From IMG/VR virus record IMGVR_UViG_3300027798_000013: a stretch of DNA of 64,000 bases. One strand, 5' to 3'. The translations under genes and the position numbers were made by a program. The notes beneath the pieces are model-generated. The model saw only the letters and a program-made list of their open reading frames with translations. It was not told the origin of the DNA and ran no database searches. This document shows, in pieces, positions 48,058 to 59,800 of this stretch. This DNA comes from a virus (lineage: Duplodnaviria; Heunggongvirae; Uroviricota; Caudoviricetes). Within the stretch, counting starts at the first letter, position 1, and every line of letters starts with the position of its first letter.

Positions 48058-48612
48058 ATGGCAACCACATTTAAAAACGTATTAAGTACAGCATTAGGAA
48101 CTGATCCTATAATAGTTTATACCGCGGCAGGCAACGTTCGCGTAACTGTTTTGGGCATCAGCCTAGCAAATTTAACAGCAGGGTTTGTGACAGCAAGTGT
48201 TTATATTACTGATCCAGCACCAACCGGCACATTTACTGCTAATCAAAGTACAGCTACTACTCCAACTGTACTTACAAACGTAAACACATTTAATAATATT
48301 TCTGTTGGTGCCGCACTTAGCGGCACGGGCATACCAAGCAACACAGTAGTTAGCAGTTTCAATGCAGTTGCAAAAACCATCACAATGAATAATGCGGCAA
48401 TACAAACGTTGACAGCTAATACTGTTACATTTGCATCAACTGTATCTGCTACCGGTTATTATATTAAGGATGTAGTTATACCCCCTAATCAAAGTTTACG
48501 GGTAATCAATGGCGGCGAACGCTTGGTACTAGGGTCGTCAAATAGTTTGGTATTGATAACAAATACTCCATCCAGTTGCGATGGTATTGTTAGTTTAGTT
48601 GAAATTGTTTAA
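48058..48612 (+). CDS. Small virion structural protein
   Basis: MATTFKN..VYTA..TVLGISLAN...IPPNQSLRVINGGERLVL with an internal inserted module. Confidence 0.65.
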   Translation: MATTFKNVLSTALGTDPIIVYTAAGNVRVTVLGISLANLTAGFVTASVYITDPAPTGTFTANQSTATTPTVLTNVNTFNNISVGAALSGTGIPSNTVVSSFNAVAKTITMNNAAIQTLTANTVTFASTVSATGYYIKDVVIPPNQSLRVINGGERLVLGSSNSLVLITNTPSSCDGIVSLVEIV

Positions 48613-48623
48613 GGAATAATATT

Positions 48624-48980
48624 ATGAGCAATAATTATGTAGGTGCAGTATCATTAAACGATTTACTTGGCGAAGGTCAGAGTCGTTTCTTTTACGGACT
48701 CAGAAGAACAGAAGACGGTACTTTATTTTTTGCTAAAGTAGACCAGTTAACCAGCACCGATACAATCACTATCAACATTCCAGGGCCTAATGCAAATAAC
48801 TTTGAAGATTTTGAATACGGTGTAGATTATTTTGATGGCCGTAGTGCGGCAGATCACAGTCGCCCATATGCAAATTTGTATTATGATCAATATCGATGGG
48901 ACACAAAAAATATGTATTATTACATTAACACAGCTGGCGAACTAGTTGCCCGTGTTAATCAAGTATACGTTTACAGTTAA
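48624..48980 (+). CDS. Hypothetical protein (aromatic-rich) preceding the giant fibres
   Basis: AAGGA RBS; 118 aa, tightly packed in the operon. Confidence 0.75.
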   Translation: MSNNYVGAVSLNDLLGEGQSRFFYGLRRTEDGTLFFAKVDQLTSTDTITINIPGPNANNFEDFEYGVDYFDGRSAADHSRPYANLYYDQYRWDTKNMYYYINTAGELVARVNQVYVYS

Positions 48981-48990
48981 GGAATAAAAA

Positions 48991-51900
48991 ATGGCAGAGT
49001 TTAAGATAAACAGATTACGTTATACTTGGTTAGGAGCATGGGTCACCGGCACCGTCTACGGCAAAGACTCAGTAGTACAGTACAATGGTAAGACATTTGC
49101 ATGTTTGATTGCGCACACTGCTAATGCTAACTTTTATAACGATTTAAATTTTGTAGATGCATTGGGCGCGGCAACTCCATTCTGGCAAGTTATCGTTGAC
49201 GGCAAAACATGGAAAAACACCTGGGCCACTAATAGATTTTACAGCGAAGGCAACATTGTAGCGTTTGGTGGCACACTCTATACCTGCGTGACTCCGCATA
49301 CCAGTACAGCGTTTGCTTCACAATCTGCCAATTGGATACAATACTCACAATTCACAAGATGGGACGCGGCCAATTCCAAAACCAACTGGACTATCAACAC
49401 AGTTTATGGCGTGAACGATGTAGTAAAATATGGCGGAATAGTGTATGTGTGTAACGCAAATCATACCAGTTCTGGAGCACTGACTGCCGGCGCCGACCCT
49501 GAAACAACATCGGGACTTGAAGCAGATCAGACCAAATGGACTGTTCTTAATAGTGGTATTGATTATCAGCCAGCTGGCTGGTCAAACGGCACACGTTATA
49601 AATTAAATGACGTTGTTAAATTTGGAGCTAACTTATGGAAGGCCAATGCTGGTCACACGTCTAGCTCTACATTTAATCCTGCTAGATGGGCCATGTGGCT
49701 TCCAGGCGAATCGTATAATCCTACCACGTGGACTTCTAGCGGCCTATATCAAATTGGTGATGTTGTAAACTACGGCGGCTACCAGTATATTAATAATACC
49801 ACAAATAATACTAACAATGTTCCATCCACTGATGCAACTAACTGGACGTTGTTTACCAAAAATTATAATTTTAGAAATGATTGGATTACTACAACTGCTT
49901 ATAAAGTTGGCGACACTGTTAGAAGAAACGGTAGACTATATACTGCCATATCGGACGTTAGCGCAGGTGTTGACCCAAGTAATAGCTTGTTATATAAAAC
50001 ATACACTGCGTCAGGCAGTAGTGGAACAACATTGAAAGTAAATTCAACAACTAGTATTGTTGTTGGAATGATAGTGATAGGAGCAGGATTTTCATTAGGT
50101 CAATCAGTGCTTTCTGTTAGTGATGCATCCACAGTGATACTTGGCTATGGGCCTGACAGCACTCCAGCTAACGGCCAGACACTGACATTTGTTGGAGTTA
50201 GTACCGGCTGGGCGTTAGTAAATACTGGAAATTATTATATAGGCCCATGGGCAACAACTCCGTCAAGTTATACTATTGGAGATTTGGTAGTTTGGAAAGA
50301 TGCCACATACATGTGTATTCAAACACATGCAAATACCAGTACGCTAAACACTGTGCGTCCTGATTTAGACACAACTAGATCGTACTGGTCGCTGTTTATT
50401 AACCATGATAAAAACAACAGCTTAACAAGTTTAGGAGACATTGAAGCATACAGTGTTGGCCAACCAACAGCTATTCCTATTGGAACAGAATCTTATTCTT
50501 TGAGAGCTACTACAAACACTGGTACTCAATTAACAACTCCTACATGGGCACATTTGCACGGAATTAATAATATATATTATGTTGCTCCTACAGGAACTGA
50601 TAGCCTAACAAGCGGCTGGGGCGAAACTTGGGACAAGCCTTTTAAAACTATTGCGTTTGCTTGCAACTATGCCAACGCCGGAAAACTAAATCCAAATGCC
50701 AAAACAAATTTAGCCAATGCTAAAAATTGGATGGTTACAGAAATGTACTATTGGATGTTGTATCAAAAACAACAATCAATATCACCATTCACTCCAAGTT
50801 CCGTGTTTGATGCAACTAAAACTTTTAGAGATGCACAGTATGTAATCGATGCATTGGGTTATGACATATCTCGAGGCGGCAACAGTCAAACAGTGGCAAA
50901 TGCACTAGCGTATTTTGCACAAGAAAATGCAAATACATTTATCAATACATCTACCGCCGCACAAATGCCTTATATTATTGCAGGCCTAAACAAGTTGTTG
51001 GAATTGATAGCTAGTGGTATCAGCGGTAATGCTCCTGCTCAGAGTTATCAAACTTTGATTGGTGCAACTTCATTTACCGGAAGTATCAGCGGCACTACAT
51101 TAACAGTTACCAGCTCGCCAACCAATGCTGGAATTTTAATAGGACAAGTTATTAGCGGTGGCTCAATACCAGCTGGAACATACATTGTGAATAAAATATC
51201 AGGTACTGGAACTAGCCCAACTAGTTCGTGGACTGTTAGCAAAACAATTACGCAATCCAGTATCACAATTACCAGTGTTCCAGTAACACAACCCACTGCT
51301 CTGGGAGCAGAATTTAATGCACTGACTGAAATTACAAGTTTGTTTAATTTGATTATCACAGCATTGACAACTCAAAGCACAACAGCATTACCGACTCCTA
51401 ATTCTGGAGTAACTGCCACTGTGTTTGTTAAGACTGGAACATACGACGAAAGTCTTCCTATTATTATTGGAGAGAATGTTGCAGTGTGTGGAGACGAATT
51501 GCGCGGCACAGTGGTGCAACCAGCAGTACGGATCGTCCAAAAAATTACCGCGGCATCAAACACATTTAACACATTAATAACTTCAGATACTTCTAAGTTA
51601 GCAGGCTCAATGCCAATACAACTGGTAACAACGTTTGCTGGTCTAATCGCAGGCACAACATACTACGTTATTGGTAGCAGTATTACCCCAACACAATTCA
51701 GCGTTAGTACTGTTCCGGGAAGTTCTACACCAGTTACATTGACACTGGTTACTAATGGATCTGTTACAATGTATGCTGGTGATTGTTTAAAAGACATGTT
51801 CCGTCTGCGTAATGGCAGTGGCTTAAGAAATATGACTTTGAATGGCTTACTGGGAATTATAGGACCGCTCAACGGATACCTTACACAACGTCCAACAGGT

Positions 51901-54900
51901 CCATCATATACCAGTTTAGACCCAGGTACCGGACCAACAGACACCACTGCTTGGATTTTTAGACGTAGCCCGTATGTACAAAACGTAACCACCTTTGGCG
52001 AAGGATGTGTTGGTTTAAAAATTGACGGAACACTACACAATGGTGGAAATAAATCTATAGTATGTAACGATTATACCCAGGTTATTAGTAACGGAATCGG
52101 CATTTGGGTGACTGGGCCCAGTTCAGTTTGTGAAGCAGTTTCAGTATTCTCTTACTTTGGCTATGCAGGTTATTTTGCAGAAGACGGTGGCAGACTTCGT
52201 GCTACCAACGGCAACACTTCGTATGGTAGCTATGGTGTTATTGCGGAAGGATACGACAATACGGAGATTCCTATTACTGGAATTGTGTTCAATCAGTCAA
52301 GCCAAGTTCAAGCCACAGTTCAAAGTAGCTTTGGTTCATCTGCCCAGCTAATTCGTACATCTTTTTCAAATGCAGGCGCGGCCTACAATACAACAACTAC
52401 TAACCTGCTTATTTCCAGTAATAATTTTGAAACAAACTGGACAAACAACAATGTTGTGCTATCAAAAAATACAGTAGCACCAACAGGAAATGTAGAAGCA
52501 TGGGCATTTACAGCATCGGGTACAAATGCATCCATTACTCAAGGGTTTGGTGTTTCGCCCGCAGGTGCATTATATTCTGCATTGTCAGGCATTGGCGGCT
52601 CAGGCTCTAGTGCAACATTTGATGTGAGAGTCACAGGAACTGCTTATGTTGTAACAACAAATTTTGGCGGATCTGGTTATATTGTTGGAGATCAAATTAT
52701 CATCTCTGGAGGTTTACTTGGCGGTGTAAACATTGTTAACGATTGTACATTGACTGTGTTTTCATTATCGGGCACTGCAATTTTAACAGTTACATCTAGC
52801 GGAACTGTGCCACTGGGTAGTGCAAAAAGTTACACAACTAGTGTTTATGTCAAACGAGGCACTGCCTCTACGGTGGCTCTGGGCGCAAGCTGGACTGGAG
52901 ATACCAGTATATCCAACGGAATAATTTTTAACTTTGACTCGAGCGCAATAACTCCGTTCAACGATAGTATAATGCCATCACCTACACAGTATGGAGCACT
53001 GTCATTGCCCGACGGTTGGTATAGATTATGGTTTGCATCGTATGACTCTACGGGATTAAACAATGCCATATACGCATCGATTATTCCAGTTGGTCCTGCA
53101 AGTATTACCGGCCAGTATAATCTTTTCTATGGCGCACAGTTAGAAAATTCATCAGTATCTGGATATCCATCCTTTTACTTACAAAATGACGGTGCAACTA
53201 GATACACAGCATACGCTAATTACAACATTGTTGGATCTGGTACTGGGGTAATCGCAGTGGGAGATGAAATTCGATCCAGCGCCGTGTTTGAAACACGAAT
53301 CACTACTGACAGTGCTGGCATCACAGGCGGCGCTGGATATTTGACAGCCAGCAACAACACCCAAAGCGGTACCACACAATATGTACAGTTGGCCCAATCA
53401 GATGTAAACACAGCTCAAAATTATATTGGCATGCGTCTGTTTATTAATAGCGGAACTGGCGCGGGCCAGTATGGTTATGTTTCATCATACGATTCAGGTA
53501 CTAAGATTGCATATATATTGAAAGAATCGTTTGATACATTGCAAATAATTTCGTCCAGCTCAGCAGATAACACAATGTTATTGGGATCAGCATTTGATAC
53601 CAGTACCGTATACTCTGGACAGCCTGTTCAGTTTATTCCTACCTATTACAACACATCAGTAGCCACAATTGGAATTAGCAGTGTGAGTGTGACTGCGGCA
53701 ATAGGTGGAACTACAAATACATTAACTGTTACCAGTACTGCACAATTACGTGCAAATATGCCTATAACTTTCAGCGGCGGACTCAGTGTGTTTAGTAATG
53801 TGTTAGCTGGATTCACATACTATATAAACGAAATTGTCAATGGCACAACTATTAAAATTTCAGACTCACTGTTTGGAGTCGATTGGCCGCTGTCAACTGC
53901 TACTGGAAATATGACATTGAATTATCCGTCGTATACAAATTACTTACAAGCAGTTACTCAAAACATGGTTGTTAATTATCCTATTCAGTTTACTGGAACT
54001 AGTGTGGGCGGACTAACCGTTGGAAATACTTACTATATCAACGATGTAGTTGACGGCAGTAATTTTACAATTTCAGGTTCGTTAGTAACAGTTTCTCCCA
54101 CAGCATCCAACTCGGTAACTAGTAATACATACACGGTTACCAGCACGTCTGTGTTGTCAGTGTTGAATCCAATTTTATTCACAGCTGGTGCAGGAACACT
54201 GTTTGGCGGTGTTGTTGAAGGTACGAAATATTATATTAGTAAAATCAACAGCCCTACAGAATTTAGTATTTCGACCACTTTAAATACAGTTACAGTTAGT
54301 GCAACTTCTGGCACAGGAAACAACTTAATTACTTGTTCATCCACTACTGGATTTATTTCAAACAATCCAATCAGATTTGTTGGACTGACATTTGGTAACT
54401 TGGTTGCAGAACAGATATATTATGTGTCAGCCATTAGCGGAGACGGAGTTTCATTCTCAGTCAGTAACTTGCCAGGACAATCAGCTGTGAACTTAACAGC
54501 CGGAACTGGTATTTGTTATGCTAAAACATGTCCAGTGGCATTTCCGTTGGCAGCCGCTAGCGGAACTATGACTGGTACTAGTACGTCTAATAAAACACTA
54601 TTAACCTACGGATACTCCACAATTAACGCTACGTTTTCAACACAATTATTTGGTAACGTGGTATTAGGCACGACTTACTATGTTAACACTATTGACTCGC
54701 TAACTAAAAAAATAACCGTTTCATCATCACTTGGTAATGTTGGAGTTAGTTCAGTCACATTGTTGACCAAAACAGGGTCTATGAATTTGGCCGCGGTTGG
54801 TTGGGATCATGTGAATCCTGGAACTCCGACCAGTAATACACTAGATTCATCAAGCGTATATTTTATCGAACCTAGAACAGTATATCAAGAACCAACATTC

Positions 54901-56838
54901 ACACAAACTGCAATGGCCGCACCTATATCAGCAGGAGCCAATGCATGGAGCTCAATGGCATACGGTGACGGATACTGGATTGCTTTCCCCAACGGAGGAT
55001 CTACCGCAACAGGATCTAGTGACGGATCATCATGGGTCAGTATTCCACTACCATCATCAGCAACCTGGAGTGGCATAGCATATGGTAACGGATATTGGAT
55101 TGGTATAGCATCGGCTAGCGGTAATGTTATTCGATCTGTGTCTAACGGCCAAGGATGGAGAACCACATCAGTGGGAACTGTGGCAAACTGGAATAACATC
55201 AGTTACGGCAACGGCATATTTGTTATGATTACTTCTGACAGCACTGCCACAGCATACTCAACCAACTTTGGTGCAACATGGTCAGCTGGAGTAATTCCAG
55301 CTGGAACTTACACATCAATGACATACGGAACTGGTCGATTTGTAGCAGTGGGATTAGGAACCACTGCCGCATTCAGCACAGACGGTATCTCTTGGACAGC
55401 CAGCACCTTGCCAGCTTCGACCACATGGTCCAGTATTACCTACGGCAACGGATTGTTTGTAGCAGTTTCCAGTACGTTGGCTGTTACTGCTTACAGTGTA
55501 AACGGTTCTGTTTGGTACGGATCAAACTTAACTATTGCGGCCAACTTTGTTAAGTATGGTCAGGGTGTATTTTTAGCAGTAACTACTGGAAATAATATTG
55601 CGTATGTAAGTGAAGACGGTGCCAGTTGGAAAGTTAAATCAGTAAGTTCAAGCAACTACAGCACACTGGGATTTGGATTTACAGCATCAAATGCCGCTGG
55701 AAAATTTTTAGCGTTTCACGGCGCTTCTGCCGGAAGCGTAATAGTTGCTGGTACAAAAACAAAAGGCAGAGCAAATGTGGTATCCGGGGTCATTACAGCT
55801 ATTAACGAATTTGAACCAGGATCAGGATACTCACTGGGAGTAGCCGGCGTATCATTCATAGATCCAAATGTAACAACATTGGCTTCGGTATCTTCTCGAG
55901 TTGCTAATGGTGCATTATCAAGCCCTACATTTGTTAACAGAGGATCAGGATACAACACTAATTCAACAGTTGTTACAATATCTGGAAATGGATATTCTGA
56001 TGCCTTTCAAACTGGATTAAGCATTATTTTAAATAACTTAACACGTTTGCCACAACCTGGTGATAATTTACAAATTACTGGAGTGAGTCAAAACTATAAA
56101 ATAACAAGTGCCACAGTTGCATTTGGAACAGTTGTTCCAAATATCGAAGCAAATGTTCAAATATCTCCAGCAATGACCACAGCATTTAGTCCAGCAAACG
56201 GCACAACAGTCAGTATTAGACAAAAATACAGTCAAGCTCGTTTGACGGGACATGACTTCTTAAATATTGGTTACGGCACTCAAACCCAATCAAATTATCC
56301 TGGAGAGCCAACAGAAACAGCATTACAACAACAAAATCAAGTTGCAGAAACAAACTTTGGTCGTGTGTTCTTTACTTCAACTGACCAAGACGGAAACTTT
56401 AAAGTTGGTAACTTGTTTGGGGTACAACAATCTACAGGTATTGTTACGTTAAGCGCAACTCAATTTGGATTAACAGGATTGAATACGTTGAGTTTGGGCG
56501 GAATAGCGGTGGGCGGATCAAGTGTTATTGTTACTCAGTTCAGTACTGATAGTACTTTTGTAGCAAACAGTGACACCATTATACCAACACAAAAAGCTAT
56601 TAAATCTTACCTAACTGGCAGATTGAGTCAAGGCGGTTCCAACACATTTACTGGGCAATTGACAGCAGGGACTGTGTTGATAGGCGGTCCAGCTAAAATA
56701 GGATCTACAATTCCAAACGGTGTTGCTGGTTCAGTAGTTGTGATGAAGAATAAAGTGTATTTTCCTGCTGTTAGTGGTGCTAACCCGATAGACGGAAATA
56801 TAGCGGCATTAGACTTTTTCATTAGAAGAAGAAAATAA
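48991..56838 (+). CDS. Giant tail fibre/adhesin (2615 aa): N-terminal CBM5/12-like Trp repeats, pectin-lyase-like beta-helix core, C-terminal beta-propeller-like repeats
   Basis: Repeated W...Y..GDVVxYGG..YxC...H; YYVAPTGTD..PFKTI; VKTGTYDESLP..GDELR; RSPYVQNVTTFG; SIVCNDYTQV; WSSxxYGNGxFVA repeats. Confidence 0.8.
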   Translation: MAEFKINRLRYTWLGAWVTGTVYGKDSVVQYNGKTFACLIAHTANANFYNDLNFVDALGAATPFWQVIVDGKTWKNTWATNRFYSEGNIVAFGGTLYTCVTPHTSTAFASQSANWIQYSQFTRWDAANSKTNWTINTVYGVNDVVKYGGIVYVCNANHTSSGALTAGADPETTSGLEADQTKWTVLNSGIDYQPAGWSNGTRYKLNDVVKFGANLWKANAGHTSSSTFNPARWAMWLPGESYNPTTWTSSGLYQIGDVVNYGGYQYINNTTNNTNNVPSTDATNWTLFTKNYNFRNDWITTTAYKVGDTVRRNGRLYTAISDVSAGVDPSNSLLYKTYTASGSSGTTLKVNSTTSIVVGMIVIGAGFSLGQSVLSVSDASTVILGYGPDSTPANGQTLTFVGVSTGWALVNTGNYYIGPWATTPSSYTIGDLVVWKDATYMCIQTHANTSTLNTVRPDLDTTRSYWSLFINHDKNNSLTSLGDIEAYSVGQPTAIPIGTESYSLRATTNTGTQLTTPTWAHLHGINNIYYVAPTGTDSLTSGWGETWDKPFKTIAFACNYANAGKLNPNAKTNLANAKNWMVTEMYYWMLYQKQQSISPFTPSSVFDATKTFRDAQYVIDALGYDISRGGNSQTVANALAYFAQENANTFINTSTAAQMPYIIAGLNKLLELIASGISGNAPAQSYQTLIGATSFTGSISGTTLTVTSSPTNAGILIGQVISGGSIPAGTYIVNKISGTGTSPTSSWTVSKTITQSSITITSVPVTQPTALGAEFNALTEITSLFNLIITALTTQSTTALPTPNSGVTATVFVKTGTYDESLPIIIGENVAVCGDELRGTVVQPAVRIVQKITAASNTFNTLITSDTSKLAGSMPIQLVTTFAGLIAGTTYYVIGSSITPTQFSVSTVPGSSTPVTLTLVTNGSVTMYAGDCLKDMFRLRNGSGLRNMTLNGLLGIIGPLNGYLTQRPTGPSYTSLDPGTGPTDTTAWIFRRSPYVQNVTTFGEGCVGLKIDGTLHNGGNKSIVCNDYTQVISNGIGIWVTGPSSVCEAVSVFSYFGYAGYFAEDGGRLRATNGNTSYGSYGVIAEGYDNTEIPITGIVFNQSSQVQATVQSSFGSSAQLIRTSFSNAGAAYNTTTTNLLISSNNFETNWTNNNVVLSKNTVAPTGNVEAWAFTASGTNASITQGFGVSPAGALYSALSGIGGSGSSATFDVRVTGTAYVVTTNFGGSGYIVGDQIIISGGLLGGVNIVNDCTLTVFSLSGTAILTVTSSGTVPLGSAKSYTTSVYVKRGTASTVALGASWTGDTSISNGIIFNFDSSAITPFNDSIMPSPTQYGALSLPDGWYRLWFASYDSTGLNNAIYASIIPVGPASITGQYNLFYGAQLENSSVSGYPSFYLQNDGATRYTAYANYNIVGSGTGVIAVGDEIRSSAVFETRITTDSAGITGGAGYLTASNNTQSGTTQYVQLAQSDVNTAQNYIGMRLFINSGTGAGQYGYVSSYDSGTKIAYILKESFDTLQIISSSSADNTMLLGSAFDTSTVYSGQPVQFIPTYYNTSVATIGISSVSVTAAIGGTTNTLTVTSTAQLRANMPITFSGGLSVFSNVLAGFTYYINEIVNGTTIKISDSLFGVDWPLSTATGNMTLNYPSYTNYLQAVTQNMVVNYPIQFTGTSVGGLTVGNTYYINDVVDGSNFTISGSLVTVSPTASNSVTSNTYTVTSTSVLSVLNPILFTAGAGTLFGGVVEGTKYYISKINSPTEFSISTTLNTVTVSATSGTGNNLITCSSTTGFISNNPIRFVGLTFGNLVAEQIYYVSAISGDGVSFSVSNLPGQSAVNLTAGTGICYAKTCPVAFPLAAASGTMTGTSTSNKTLLTYGYSTINATFSTQLFGNVVLGTTYYVNTIDSLTKKITVSSSLGNVGVSSVTLLTKTGSMNLAAVGWDHVNPGTPTSNTLDSSSVYFIEPRTVYQEPTFTQTAMAAPISAGANAWSSMAYGDGYWIAFPNGGSTATGSSDGSSWVSIPLPSSATWSGIAYGNGYWIGIASASGNVIRSVSNGQGWRTTSVGTVANWNNISYGNGIFVMITSDSTATAYSTNFGATWSAGVIPAGTYTSMTYGTGRFVAVGLGTTAAFSTDGISWTASTLPASTTWSSITYGNGLFVAVSSTLAVTAYSVNGSVWYGSNLTIAANFVKYGQGVFLAVTTGNNIAYVSEDGASWKVKSVSSSNYSTLGFGFTASNAAGKFLAFHGASAGSVIVAGTKTKGRANVVSGVITAINEFEPGSGYSLGVAGVSFIDPNVTTLASVSSRVANGALSSPTFVNRGSGYNTNSTVVTISGNGYSDAFQTGLSIILNNLTRLPQPGDNLQITGVSQNYKITSATVAFGTVVPNIEANVQISPAMTTAFSPANGTTVSIRQKYSQARLTGHDFLNIGYGTQTQSNYPGEPTETALQQQNQVAETNFGRVFFTSTDQDGNFKVGNLFGVQQSTGIVTLSATQFGLTGLNTLSLGGIAVGGSSVIVTQFSTDSTFVANSDTIIPTQKAIKSYLTGRLSQGGSNTFTGQLTAGTVLIGGPAKIGSTIPNGVAGSVVVMKNKVYFPAVSGANPIDGNIAALDFFIRRRK

Positions 56839-56867
56839 TTTGTTAAAGAACAAAAATTGCGTTAAGA

Positions 56868-56873
56868 TAAATA
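56868..56873 (+). promoter_or_regulatory. Late promoter core TAAATA
   Basis: TAAATA, then GAGGA RBS and ATG 56893. Confidence 0.7.
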
Positions 56874-56892
56874 CTATCAGAGGAACAATAAA

Positions 56893-59800
56893 ATGGCAGA
56901 ATTCAAACTAGGTAGAATTAAATTTGTATACCAAGGCGCTTGGGCAACTGGGACTGCTTATGCAGTTGATGACGTTGTTACCGTGGGCGGTAAAACTTAT
57001 ATTTGTGTGATCAGTCACACATCAGCAGGATTATTTGGAACAGATTTAAATTTCAACCCAACAAAATGGAACGTGGTATCTGACGGTTCTAAATGGTTAG
57101 GCAATTGGACAAACAATACCTATTATAACATTGGCGATCAGGTCCAATACGGCGGAATTGTGTATCAAGCCAACACTGCTCACACAAGTATTGCAACAAG
57201 CGCACCGCTCACAGTTACAGGAGCTACCGGTACAGGAGCCACTGTAACAATAACATTTACTACCCAAGCAGTTGCTCCATTTTTAATTGGCTCTACTGTT
57301 ACAGTAGCGGGAATTACAACCACAGCTAGCGGTTACAATCAAGCTGGTGCAACTGTAACAGCATGTACAACAACAAGTGTAAGTTACACCAATGCTACCA
57401 GTGCAACATACACCACAGGTGGTACAATTGTAGGCACAATACAAACAGCATTGGAAGCTGACCAATCTAAGTGGGATGCATTTGCATCTAACTTTTTCTG
57501 GGGTGGATCTTGGACAATTAACACACGTTACAAAGTAAGAGACTTGGTAACATACGGTGGTATTACCTACGTGTGTAACACTGCTCACGTTAGTGCAAAC
57601 ACATCTGCATTGGGTTTAGAAAACGACACTGCCAAATGGGATTCGTTTAACTCTGGCATTGTTTACCTAGGCGCCTGGAGTGGCAGTTCTTATCGTTACA
57701 AATTAAATGATGTTGTCAAGTACGGTGCTGATTTATGGATTTGTACCACACAGCACACCAGCTCAGCCGGCTTTGATAATACTAAATGGGGAATTTTTGT
57801 TAACGGTTTTCAATTTGAAAGCAGTTGGTCCGGCGGATCAACATACCAAATTGGTGACATTGTTACCTACGGCGGCTATGCTTATATTTGTAAACAAAAC
57901 CATGCAACCACACAAACGCCAAGCGCAACTAGTTCTGCGTTCTGGGATGTGTATACTACAGGATTTAGTTTCCAGGGTGACTGGTCAAGTTCTGGCAACT
58001 ATTATGTAGGTAGTGTGGTTCGTCTAGGCGGATATACTTATGTTGCCATTGCTGATAACACCACAAGAACTCCAACAATTAACAGCACTGTTGTTTCAAC
58101 AAATTTTGTTAACGTTGATTCAGTAACAGGATTAATTGATAGTTTACCTATCACTGTTGCCACAACTGTGGGCGGGTTATCAAACACCAGTACGTATTAT
58201 GTTATTGGAGCCACCGTTGCTACAACAACAGCAACACTAAACAGTGCAAGTATTAGTAATGGAAGCGGCGGCGCAGGAACAGTATTGGCCATTGGTTCAG
58301 TTGGTGCAGGCACTGTAGCTGTTGGCATGTATATTACTGGCGCAGGCGTAACTGCTGGAACTTATATTGTTTCAGGTAGCGCATTATCATGGGTTGTCAG
58401 TGCTAGTCAACTTGTGGCCGGCCCAATAACACTCACTGCTACATTGAATCAATTTAAAGTCAGTGCAACACCAGGCTCAGCAACCGCAGTGACATTATCT
58501 ACAACTTCAGGACAGTCGGTGGTAGCAACTACTAATCCAACTCCACCGTTTGCAACATATTGGTCAAGATTAAATCCAGGTATTCGTTACAACTCAACAG
58601 CTGGAACATACACCGCAGTGTCTGCATCCAATGTACTAAGTTCTGGGGTCAGTGCAACATTCAACGTGACACGTAACAATTCTGAATATGCAGTCACAGT
58701 CAATGCAGGCGGCACTGGCTATGCAAGTACAGACACATTAAAGATTTTAGGTACTAGTGTTGGCGGTATTAGCCCAGCTAACGATATTTTTATCACTGTC
58801 AATACAGTCAGCGGCGGCGTAATCCAAGCCGCAGGTATTTCAACAACTGGTAATGCTGTTACTTGGACCACTGGCACAGCATACGTGTTGGGCGATGCTG
58901 TGTATTTTGGAGCAAACAGTTACATTTGCGTAAGCGCACACATTGGTGCTACCGGCAATCGTCCAGACAACGACACCACAGGAACATACTGGAATTTATT
59001 ATCAGCGGGTACCAACAGTGCTGTGTTAACCACCCAAGGCGACACATACTATTACGGTTCAACCGGAGCACAACGTCTGCCTATCGGCACTGACGGACAA
59101 ATTCTACGTGTTACCAACGGATTACCAGCATGGAGCTACTATGGTATTTTAAATAATATTGTGTATGTTGCACCTAGCGGAACAGACTCAATCGGTGCAG
59201 GCCAAGGATTAACATTAGACAAGCCATGGAAGACTGTTCGATTTGCGGCAAAACAGATTGAAGATGGCTATTTGAATACAAATGCAAGAGATTTGTTGGC
59301 AAAGAACAAACAATTTATTCTTAAAGAAGTTTCTAATTATGTAAGTTACATATATCAAGTAAGTGTAACAGGCACAGCAACTGGCGAATTTACAACAGCC
59401 AGTACTTCTGGATTGCGTGTTGGAATGCCAATTACGTTTACAGCACAAACTGGAAGTTTGACTATCGGTGGAGCATCTTTTGTATCCACAACTGTGTATT
59501 ATATTCAAAGCATCACAACCAATGCAAGTTTCACAGTAGCTACCAGTTTTGGCGGCAACGCATCAACAGCGGCAGGCACAGGCACAGCCACTGCCAAGTA
59601 TTACACAAGCCTTTTTTCAGAAATTGAACGTGATGCTGGATACATATTTGAAGGTGTAGTATTTGATTTAAGCCATGGCGGCACTTCTAAATCTGTAATA
59701 AATGCCAAGGCATATTTAAATACCAGCGGATCTGGATATATCAATGCTGGCGCACAATCACAAGCCGCAGTATTTGTTGGCGCTGATACATACATGTCTA

